Assembly: GCA_040954595.2 (NCBI GenBank)
Contig: CM082577.2
Span: 11,379,654 to 11,443,653, forward strand
Origin: Balanoglossus misakiensis
Taxonomy: Eukaryota; Animalia; Hemichordata
Length of the DNA stretch: 64,000 nucleotides
Reading direction: 5' to 3'
The position numbers and the translations under genes are program-made. Within the stretch, counting starts at the first letter, position 1. Every line of letters starts with the position of its first letter. Shown here one piece after another: positions 1 through 11,421 of the stretch. Under the pieces are notes generated by a model, which did not search any database, was not told the origin of the DNA, and worked only from the letters and a program-made list of their open reading frames with translations.

Positions 1-141
1 AATTCAGGAAATAACAAGACAAAACCGCCCAGGTTTCTTATACAGTTTTCTGTACTTGTGTGTGCAAGTGTTTTTATAATTCTGTCTGTTACACAGGACA
101 TTATGATTCACATTTCATGCGCCTTTCGTGCTTATTTACAG

Positions 142-3100
142 GTTGAAAGATTGAAGCGTGACTACGAGAAAAGAATCGGTGATCTTCAGAATGAGGTGAA
201 TGTGCTCAATCATTTCAGCCAAGACAACAGTGAACATGTGCTGGTAGACATCAGGACAATTGAAAATGACCTGGCAGTGCTCAGGAATGACATGAGAACT
301 TTTGTGTTTGTTGCGCCGGATGGCGAAGGAAAAACCACCAATATCAGGGAATATACCACTGGTAATTTCCAGAGGTTAAAAATTGACCTGGATAATATGG
401 ACGGCCGACTGGAAAACCTGGAAGGAGATCTCCGGACATTCGGGAGAAGACTGAGTACCCAGGGATCCCAGTTTGAACACAGGACAGTTCGTTTGTCCGA
501 GGCTCTTGACGCAACCGGTGAACAGCGGACGGCCATCATGAGTAATGTCAGTAAATTAGCCGCGTCTGTTGGCGCCTTGAGGGACAACATTACGCGACTT
601 CAACGCGACGTAGCCGCGCTGCAAGACTCGGGAGCGGACAGCGGCAAGCGGATATCCGACGTGATCGGCCGCATTAATGTTCTTGAGATCAAGGTGAGCG
701 ACATCAAGGGAGACGTGCAGGGACTGAATTCGGAAAGCAGAACGTTGAGCGCCAAAGTGGAGGCCAGTTTACAAGTGGACGAGGTGAGGGCGCTCAACAC
801 AGCCTTTGATGGGCTGAAGGAGGAAGTCCGCGAGCTACACGTCGATGTCGCTCACGTTTTGAAGAACAATGACGTGATAAAGAGAGAGGATCAGCAGGGT
901 GTGGTTCGAAAGATTTTCAGTGAACTGACCACTGATGTGCAGAGAGCCGTCGATGAGACAGATAGCTTTAAATCGGAGATGGCATCATTCAGGGACACAG
1001 ACTGGTTTCGTCATATGTCTGCCGAGCAGCTTGCCATCTGGGAGAGACTTGTGCTCCAGCAGGGTAGCGTTGCTGCTGCAGCTTCTAGCTTGAAGACTCT
1101 TGTTGCGGGTCTCAAACTTTCTCAGGATGAAATGGTTAACCTTGTATATGCCTTTACGAGGCTGAGCGAATTGGAGAGACAACTGGTTAACTTCAGAACA
1201 GACCTCAGGAATTTCCAGCACGACCCCGTTGCCAAAAATCGGTGGGCTGGTGCAGAAACCAAGCATGCTAATCAAGTTATACTGAATCAAATAAATACGC
1301 TAGACAGTGAGATAACCTCCATGAAATCTGCCTTCAGAAACTCCCACTTCAGTGAAAGAGGTGACGATGTAGTGTGGGATGGGGATGTAGATACTCTCAG
1401 AGACAGGTACGCGAACCTGCAAATCAAGTCGGAGGAGTTTGAGCGCAATATTGAATCGCTGCAAATGGATCTACGAGTGTACATTAAAAAGTTGGTGTCA
1501 GAGGGGAGTGACGCCGTGAACAGCAAAACTATTGAGGAAATTGCCAGGTACCAGAGCTACGTGTCCAGGTTTGAAACTGAACTGCTGGCCGTTCGTGCCG
1601 ATATGGACTTGGACGTTAGACGAAGTCAGGGGATCCCGGCCGGTGCGGAGTGGGCCCGCGACCTCGAAGCGCAGATCAGAGCTCTGCAGGAGGATGTACT
1701 CGATATCAGATACTCCAACATAAATGTGGAGAAGTTGAAATCGGACATCGAGAAGATGGAGAGTGCTGTAGCTGCGTTGAAGCCCGGACTACTCGTGCTG
1801 CAGCAAACTCAGACTTTTGGCGTCACTTTTCCTCTGCAACAGATAGGCGAGCTGTCGGCTGACTTTGTCTACTTGAACGCGCGGGTGTCCTCTGTGAAGG
1901 GATTGGTGGGCAGGATGAGAAGTGAGGCTCAGAGGTCAGAGGTCATCAGGAACATGAATAAACTGCAGTCGGATATCACGCGTTTCAAGGTGGACCTCAG
2001 ACGGACAGAATTGGCAGCCATCGCAGAATCAGAGTCGCACCATGCGGCCCTCGCAACGGATGCCATAGGGATAAACAGTCTACTGCAGGAAGAACTGGAC
2101 ACAGTAAGGAATGAGATCCGGAATTTACAGCTCCATCACCATTCGACTGCTGTGCGTGAACGCATGACGAAACTCCAGTTGGCGCTGGATAGTCTCAGAC
2201 AGGACTGGAACAGGGATCAGGAAAAATTCAGGATGATCCGTTCCCGGATCGAGGGTGACGAGAAGGAGATGCTGGCAATGATGGAAAAACTGCGCGGCGA
2301 CCTCGACGACATCAAACTTGGCATTGAAGAGTTGAGTCCCGAGTTGAAGAAGAATTCTTTTGAGAATTCCGACGACCTGTACAGTTCAGTCCACAGTGCT
2401 GTTGTCAGACTGCAGGCAGAGGTCGATAAAATTAAACAGATGCAAGGAAAAGTAGACTTGTCACCAGATGCCAGTGATGTCATAAACTCCATCAAGGCTT
2501 CCATCTCTCAGCTGCAGTCGGAATCTGGAAAAGCGGATTTTCAGGGCATTCCCACCGATGTGGACAACTTGAAGGAGGATGTGAAATACTTGAAGGAGGC
2601 TGCTGTCTCGGGAGAACATCTTCAACAGACTTTAGCCGCTCTGCTCAAGAAAGTGGAAACTGTTGAAAGCGAGACTGTGGCCACTCTGCAGAGGAAATTA
2701 GAATCCATTGAGAGTGAGATCGCAAGGTTGCATAGACTGCACTCCGAACAGCCATGGACCAACATGCAAGATTCCATCGGTGATTTACAGGTTGAGGTGC
2801 GGATGCTAAAACTGCATGCGCAGTCTCTGGTGTCAGGCAAAACTGATTTGCAGGCTATTCAGACTGACGTGGTGAACTTGAAGAAGGATTTGGCAAGCTT
2901 GAGAGTGGCTGTTGTTTCGGGTGAAAACGCGCAACAGAGTGTTACAACTCTGCTTACACGACTGGAAAGCGTTGAGAGTGAAATCTTGAGACTGGATGTT
3001 CTGTATTCTGATTCGTCTACAACCAACACGCCAGATGCCATCAGCGACCTCCAGGCAAGCGTACAGACTCTGAAACTTCACATGAATCAGCTGAGGGAGA

Positions 3101-6100
3101 ACGTTCATTCGCTCAGAATATCAGTTTCAGAGGAGACAACCCACCGATCGCACGCAACTGTGTTAGCGGTGGGCGACGTAGCAGGCCTGGAAGCCGTTCT
3201 CGCGGGTATCAAAAGCGATCTGAGCTTCCTGAGCGGAGAGAAGTACGCGGCTGTTCACAAAGACTACGAAAGCGTGGCCGGCAGGGTCTCTCAGGTTGAG
3301 ATGGAACTGGGGGCCTTGAAGGAAGAAATGGCCTCGCAGGGTTCGGACGGTTCCGCGGATTTCGCAACACTGTCCGGCCGCTTCCAGAATTTGCAGTCGG
3401 ATTTGAAATCGATGAGAATCGATGTGGACACGCTGACCGCCATTCTTGCCAGGGAAGATGACGACTTCGCTGAAGGTCTTCGATATCGTAAAGCCTCAAC
3501 GTCGAGAACCGAGTCCGTCAACTTGGGAAGTGAAGATGTGACTGTAGATACGGATGATACAGAATATATCAACATTATTTATAATGGCACTCCAATGGAA
3601 ATCAACAGGGAAGCTCTCCTGGGTTTGGCAAGGTTTGTTTTATTTCCATCCATTGAAAAATCCAAAAGTTGGTCACTGTAAATAAAACACTGGTCTGATG
3701 AACAGATGCAGGAACTACTGTAGGGTTATTCACAAAATGCAATCCTATACGGATGAGCTGGGCTCAGTGAGTGACTTGCACATGGCTTGTCTTGTATGCC
3801 TCTCACTTAGCCCAACTCTATACAGGGCTGTATTTTGCGCATAACCCTATTAATATACACCTTTCTTCGTCATTTGAGTGTCTTACGAGACGCACCGGGT
3901 GCTATACGAATGGAAACATACAACACTAAAATAACATTGCTGCTAATGCTACGAAGTCTTGAAAAAATTTGCATGCAGCTAAAAATAGGCCCTTACACAC
4001 ACACACACACACACTCTGTTGCACACATGCAGCAAACCCTAGTAACTCACAAATTGTTGATGTCTATTTTGACAGTGGCTGGTCTGCTGCAGGCGATGGC
4101 AGTGGGAAGTTTGCAGAGGATCTCAAGCGTCTCAGAGTTGATGTGGACAATTTGACCTCAGAACATCTACGCCTGTTGAGTGAGCTTCACAGATGCTGCA
4201 GAAATGAATCTTTCTTTAAATTGCTGGTGAGTCCTGGCTATGTTTTGATGCAAGCCATGTTCAATATTAGACTAAACAACCACTTTTACGTATTGTTCTA
4301 TCAAATAATCCATTGTGAATCGGGAAAATATGTCAGAGTTCAGATATCGCCTGTTTCACTGAGTTGATTCCATGAGTTTAAAAAAAATGTCCTCACCTAT
4401 GCCTTGGGCCTGGTAAAGTTTGAACCTAAAATCACTTTCCTTCTCCACTGTATTTTGTTTACAGATTAGAGACAACGTTGTAGACATACTAAACCAGGTA
4501 TGTATTCAACGACAGTTGAATTTACGTCAAGACGATGGCAGTATCCAATGAAAATATTAATTATGCAAATGTTGAAATTATATCCAGTTGAATTGTATAT
4601 GTATGTGCGTACTTCACAGAGAGGCAGTTTGATGAAAGAGAGGAGACATCCGTTCATATTACACTTTCCCTACATAGTGTGGTGTAACAATTCTCTGATC
4701 AAAAGAATGATGACACAGCAGACAGGAAATCCGTCAATTATTTTTCTTCTTCTGTTGCGCAGGTGATGCAGGAGGATTCAGACGGTGTCATCGCTGCATG
4801 GCTGCATGGTCAGTTCATCAGCAAAGAGCAGTATGAGAAAGATTTTAAGGACATCCACATACGACTCAAGGAGTTACTGTTGATAAGGAGTGGCTATGCT
4901 TACAACGCTGTCAACATCGGCGATATTCAGTCGACGCATTCTTCAGGCAGTGATGGTGGTGGCGCTGTTACTGGTTCCCTTACAGAACAGGTGAGGGAGT
5001 TTCAAAGACCACATAACTTGTTGCCTTTAGTTGATAGATGTATCCCAACCCTTTCACCACCATGGTTTGGTTCAAACCCATTGTTTTCTATCGTAATGTT
5101 GGACTGTCAAATTGGGGAGTGGGGGTGAAAGGGTTAAGAAGCATTACATGAAATACTCAAATCCACTTTTATAACATACCAGTAATGTGGTAAGATAGCT
5201 GTGTTTGTTTACCTTCAGATATTTTCTGGATAACAATCTTACCGTTCAGTATACTGAGGGCCGAGGCACATTTTTGTAGCCAGGAAGAAATTTGTAAAGA
5301 ATGATGATGATGATGATGTTGATTTTACTGATGATATTCCAATTGTTGTAGATATTTATTTGCAAAAGTGACTTACTAATTGAGTCTCCCAATTTCCTTT
5401 CCACGCAGAGAATCCGAGACATCATAAACGAGGCCCTGTTCCTGTTCAGTGCTGACAAGACAGGCCTGGTGGATTATGCCTTGGAATCCGCCGGGGGCAG
5501 TGTCATCAATACCAGGTGTTCAGAGACGCACGAATCCAAGACGGCCTTGCTCAGCATCTTTGGAATTCCACTCTGGTATGCTGCAAACTCCCCAAGAACT
5601 GCAATACAGGTAAGTAGTGTTTGTGTGCCACAGACATTTGGAATGCAATGAGATACTGTAAAACGGGTTATTTTTGCGAGCAATAAATTGTCGCGAAATA
5701 TGCGAGAGCCAAAAAAAATGTTAAAATAAATGGTCGCGTAAAATGTTTTTCGGAGATAACAATGCAGTAAATGAAATAAGAAAAGGCGAAAATTAATCCT
5801 CCCGTAACAGTTGCCTCTTTTGATATCACGAAATTTTCCTGCCGCGAAAATAACCCGTTTAACAGTAGTATGGTTGGAAATGTGATGATAAAACCAAAGG
5901 ACAGGAATTGAAATAACCAGAAGGTATTTTGTGCTACAAACTTTCTAGTGATGTTCTTTTTTCCTCATGTGTGGATTAGTAGTAAAAACATGTTTTGAGC
6001 ACAATTAAAATTATAACTTGATTGCCATTTAACATGATGGGCCATGTGTTGTTGTTTGTCCCAGCGTCACATAAGGATGGCCTCCCATATGAAATTGCTA

Positions 6101-7855
6101 GCCACCTGCTGTGTGCCCTCTGAGCTCATATGGCGTGCCACGGACTAGGCCAACTCACTGGTGACTCCAGAAAATCATTCACACTACATGCAAATGTATA
6201 GAGCTGACTCTGAGCTGAAATTTTTAGAAATCCTCAAATTGACTCAAAGCTTTTAAAAATTATGTTTGTTAGAGGGCACACTGGCCATCTGTGATCTTGC
6301 AGGGTCTGTGGAGTTCTGAAAACCGTCTGTTGACCCCATATAGTGGAATTGTCTTGTTTACGCTGCATGTTTCATTTTCTTTCAGCCTGACATACAGCCG
6401 GGCAATTGTTGGGCATTTAAAGGCACCACAGGCTATTTGGTGATACAGCTGTCGGGGCCGGTTAAACCCACTTCATTTTCAATGGAGCATATCCCAAAGT
6501 CCTTGTCACCAAATGGCAAAATAGAGAGTGCTCCCAGGGAATTCAGTGTATGGGTAAGTTGTCTTCATAATCTTGCGTACTGGTAGATTGTGTATGTTTA
6601 CTTGTGCCACTAGCAATGTAGTAGTAGACCACTCTTGAAAATAGATTGGCACGAATTTAACAGTCTGCATGGCCATAATAATCCATTGTTGAGAGTATCA
6701 GCAACAACCAATATCATCCTATTCTCTTGTAAATCAACAGGCCATATCATGAAACATGCAAAATATACAGGCCATTGACATTGAGAAAAGATGCCATTAA
6801 ATATTTAGGCTGAATTTTCTTTGGCTTTGGCATAGTGCAATAGAAGTTTGTATCTTTGAATCAGAAGTGTCTTCCTATCACACATGTCAATCAAAGTGAC
6901 TTCATCATCATTAATTCGGTTTCCTACATATATTTCCTTTTAAAGGGATTGGAAGATGAATTTCAAAAAGAAGGCAAGCATTTGGGTTCCTTTGAATACA
7001 AGGAAGACGGAGCCCCGCTTCAGTTTTTCATAGTTGCGGTAAGATAATAGAATTATCTGATCCTATATGGCCCTTCAAACCCATTTTGGATCTGATCGTT
7101 CAAGTATTTCATAGGAGCTGCTTTGCAATTATTACCATGATGAAATCTACATCAAAATATTAATTTCAAATCAAAATGAAATAGACCGAAATATGATAGG
7201 CACACTATGGAAATAGATGATTGTGCAATGAAAACAACCACTCATAACTCACTCAAGTTCAAATTCCTCTGCAACCAATGACTTTAGCAAGACCAATTAT
7301 TTTTGTAATTACAATGATGACATTGGTTTTGCATCTAACATTCCTTAAACTCTAGGGTGTAATTTGAGACACTTGTAGTAATTGTGTAAGAGGACAGGAA
7401 ACTTTCCTGAATGCATAGCAGTCAAGGGGTGTCAATTAAGTTCTAGCAGATCTGCTGTCTGCATTTCGTAATCACCAACTCACAAGATGCAGTTTATTTC
7501 TCCATCCTCTTTACAAAACATGCCACTCAAAATCAACAAACATTTTAAAAGTATCTGTTGTTTATTAAGCTCTTCATCCTTTTTCATAGGATAGTCATTA
7601 TGCACCAGCATCGACCACTATGGTATTTTTACTGTGCAAACCCCAAACAGGTCCACATTGTCCCTGAGATTTGCTTTTCCCAAGCAGTTATGGTTCCGTT
7701 GTTTTCATACCATCTTTGTCTGTTTTCGTCCCGTACAGGATCCTGAGCCTGGTGTTTTCCCAATTGTTGAACTGAAGATTCACAGTAATCATGGCAGTTT
7801 GGACTTCACCTGCTTGTACCGGTTCAGAGTGCACGGTGTTCTGCATAAGGGTTAA
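142..7855 (+). CDS. SUN-domain protein (LINC complex, SUN1/SUN2/UNC-84 family), 5'-partial, with very long coiled-coil region
   Basis: GT-AG exons with consistent phases: 142-3632, 4076-4226, 4465-4497, 4763-4990, 5409-5609, 6386-6553, 6946-7038, 7739-7855(TAA); 1493 aa in window. C-terminus has the SUN signature ADKTGLVDYALESAGGSVINTRCSET...PGNCWAFKG...MEHIPKSLSP...SAPREFSVW...SNHGSLDFTCLYRFRVHG. Start codon and TM segment lie upstream of the window. Confidence 0.93.
5045..5137. mobile_element. piggyBac-like mini-MITE (~90 bp), copy 1
   Basis: Ends AACCCTTTCACC...GGTGAAAGGGTTAA; internal sequence shared with copies at ~17839-17920 and 43275-43366. Confidence 0.6.
5654..5867. mobile_element. 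Tc1/mariner-superfamily MITE, family A (TA-CTGTAAAAC termini)
   Basis: TA+CTGTAAAACGGGTTATTTT ... AAAATAACCCGTTTAACAG+TA; homologous copies at 39598, 39834, 49092, 52561. Confidence 0.8.
6109..6283. mobile_element. hAT-like MITE, copy 1
   Basis: TIR CTGTGTGCCCTCT...AGAGGGCACACTG; 8-bp flanking duplication GCCACCTG/GCCATCTG (1 mismatch); second copy at 34200-34383. Confidence 0.7.
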
Positions 7856-10800
7856 CAAGCATCACACGATGAGAGCGTTTGCTGAATTTGGCGAGAGAAG
7901 CCTGGAGATGAAGCTACGACTCTGACTGCGCTATCCCAGAACGTCCGTCATCGTGGAGACCTAATAATGGCGTCACTGCTGGACAGTGCCATTTGTGACC
8001 TCAAAAACTGTTTTTGAGAGTGACTGGAAATACTCCTGGACCGTCCTGGAATTTGAAGAACTTGGAGCAAATGACCGCTGTGAGTGTGGTATGCAGTCGA
8101 CATATTCTACAGACCAATCTATCTGCATCTCAATGCACATTGAAGACTGGAGGCCATTTGCCGTATTCCAGTAGTTGTGTGTAAAAAGGACATTGACCAC
8201 TGATTTGGTGGCCAGTAGGAAACTGTAATGGACTTAAACTACCGGGTAATCCAGTTTACATTGTGGGCTAGAGTTGATCGACTTGTATCGGTACAAGGAG
8301 AGTGAACCTGATCCTCAACTCGTGAGCCATCCAAAGGGTTCAAGAAGAATCATCCCACTAGCCTATTATTACTGAACACAAAAGTGCAAAGATGATAAAT
8401 TTGCACAACTGTTAAAACCTATGATACCTGTTATAGGACGCAATGAATCAATAGCTTTGTGAAAATGAGACACTTCTAAAATCATAATCCAAAAACTAGT
8501 AGAACCAGTTAATATTTACCAAAGATGTCCAATGTTGTGTGAAACACAACTTGTAAATATGTGTATACTTTCTTAATTTTGTAAAAAAAAAAGGAAAGAA
8601 AAAAAGAATTGGTATAGAAAGAAATTATAATTAATTTTGGCATGTCCAAAAGTCTAATTTTGGCACACATTGTGAGCCTACATGTATGCTACAGGTGTAC
8701 AGGCGCCAAAGTTCAGTGACATGTTTTTATACAATTATCTGTGATAAGTTAGTGAATTAAATTTAGCTAGGTAGTTTCTTAGTTCTTTCAATTCTTGCTT
8801 GTATTAACTCCTCGATGACCCTTGACCTCATTTGGAAGTTTTCTTCCAGGCTGGGTTCCAAGGTTCGAAAGCAGCTGATTCGTTCCGGCAAAATATCCAG
8901 GTCATTCATTTTTCCTTTGAGGTTGATATTTAACTCTCACGAAACAAAAACATCTTCAGTCTTACCAGAAAGTCTTGCTTTGTAAATACAACCGAACGAG
9001 CTGAATAGTATAACGTATGGTGCTGTAAATATTACACGTGGCTTTCATTTCACCAGTTGTTTTTTCTTTATAAATTATACTTAAACACACTGCCAGTTTT
9101 TAGGGAAGTCATGAGTACAATGTCTGAATTGTGAAAGCATGTATATATTTATATAATGTTCATGATTTCATCTCAGGGGTAAAGAAAAAGTGGTACAGTG
9201 GTTAGGCCAAAAAAGATAAACAGTTGTTTCTGTACATGACTCATTCTAAACTGCTTTTTAAATGTTTTCTTACAGTTGACATCGAGTTAAATAGAAGTTG
9301 CATATGAATAATTTGACAAATTGGTAAAAAAAGTCAATTGAGGGCTTTAACCCTTACACCCAGCCAAACTATGGCTGTAGAAGGGATAGAGTGATGCAGG
9401 AAGTGAGAAGAACCAACTGTGTGGCCTTAGGAGATGCATGTGAAACTCCACTGCATTCCATAGCTGCCCAGTATAACTGGTTCCTTGCCAGCTCTTTTCT
9501 ATACGCCTGAAGATTTCATGGATGTTGTTTCTGCTTGTCGGATATACCTCGCACAATGCCGTGCCATCCTTTTGAATTGATGACGAAAATCAGTGTCTCC
9601 TTAAACCATGTTTATTTCAGTATGTCAAAAGAGAGGAAATTTTACGCAGTGGTCATAAAATGTGCCTAACCATGACATGCTTCCATCAACTCAGAAACGA
9701 AACTATTCCACCGTATCTAATTTAACCACCGAACATGAATTTCGATATTGCGGGCACTTGATAACATTGGGTGTTTCTGTGCTATGATTGGTGGAATCAT
9801 TTTGGGGGGGGGGGGGGGGGGGGTGTTAATGCCCGATCAGGTTACGGTTCTGATCAGAAAGCTGTCATACCCATGCATAGATGATAAATTCTATGATCAG
9901 AGGTACATTATTATACAAAATGCATATTGACTTGCCATATCCAGGAAATTGCATGTCTGTCTCCGCGCGGGCCTGAGTCCCCCCAAAATGGTCTGTTTCC
10001 ACAAGGCCAAAGCCTGGGGAAAACATACCATTTTGGGGTCAACAGCCATGTGCTGTTTATTCACCAATGACTAGTCAATATGTGTATACCGTTACCTGTA
10101 CAGTATGGGATGTCGTCTGTGATGACAAACTTGAATGAAACATTGCTGCAGAAATTGAGAAGCTCAAAAAGCTTCAAATGTATTTATTATGAGAAGAAGT
10201 TTCTTTTTGTACTGTTTCTATTTACATCGAAATTTTTGTTGAATATTTTTTCAAAGCTTTTGTTAAATTCAAAAGTTTATATAAGTTAGTGTTACAACTT
10301 TGATAAGTCCATGTTCAACGCGTATACATATGTACATAAAAGGTTTCAAACTTGTTTATTTAAATATTGAAATTCAGTAACATCTTACAAAAACTGTGAA
10401 AAGATTATACAAACTTTTGATAAGACTCGGAAGTCATAAAAGTGAATTGCTATTTTAAATATTAAATATGGATCTTAGCAAAGTCATTGAAAAGTAATAA
10501 AGACTTTAAAATAATCTTGTTTCAAACTGTCTTTAATTGCTGAATATCGTCTCTTCGTTGAATGAAGGCCAGAGTGATGGCATCTTGGTATTCCCCAGGC
10601 CCTGGACTCATTTTCATCACTAATAGTATGAATTGTATCATGGATGCACATGAATACATTTTAAAACATAGAATGAGTGGGAAAAGGTCCATCGTCAAAG
10701 ATGATAGGGGTATACACAACTTTTTCAAATTCATTGTTGAACAAGACTTGGCACAAGTGAGATCAGAATCCATTTCAATTGGCAGTACATTATCACCAGC

Positions 10801-11162
10801 AAGTAAGATAACACAGAAATGAGATGACCAGCTGGAGGAGGTTGGCATTGAGTTGTGCATCGTAATAAAAAAGAACAACATGTAAACATCTAACTGCAGT
10901 ACAGTGTACATTGTAACTGGCCAGGGTGGCAGGACCAAGCTTAAAGCCCCATGAGCTGCCAAATTTTACATATTTTTTCAATAATAAAATACTTCAAATT
11001 TTCTCCCTATCCTTTAAAATCTTCATCATCAAACCATATTACTTGTATCATCCCTTGGCAATGCATACTATACCATGATAGTTTTGTAATCTATGTATGG
11101 AGGCTGATTAAACAGGTGCATCTATTTCTTGCTTCTTCTCGAGATCAGGCAGCGATCAGTAA

Positions 11163-11374
11163 CTAATCTTTTGCATCGATTATGCCTCCAGCAGATATTG
11201 CAAAGGTTGCTTCATTTTCAGGCATATCAGGGCTGCAGTCGAAAAGAAAACAAAGGTTACACTAACAATGTGTCAGTTGGTAGAAATAAGTCATTGCAGT
11301 TTGATATGGATAAGATGTGCATGATAAGAAAGATACCATTTCACAGGAGTGAGATATCTTCAACTTTTAAAGCC

Positions 11375-11421
<47 letters not shown>

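Noticed and set aside
58-141. N-terminus of the 1207-aa ORF (and its tail 3633-3681) as a stand-alone intronless gene
   Set aside because: Starts at GTG in T-rich intron-like sequence; clear acceptor at 141 and donor at 3633 place it as an internal SUN exon.
10522-10962. 146-aa minus-strand ORF downstream of DMC1
   Set aside because: No recognisable motif or codon bias; lies in the probable DMC1 3' UTR.
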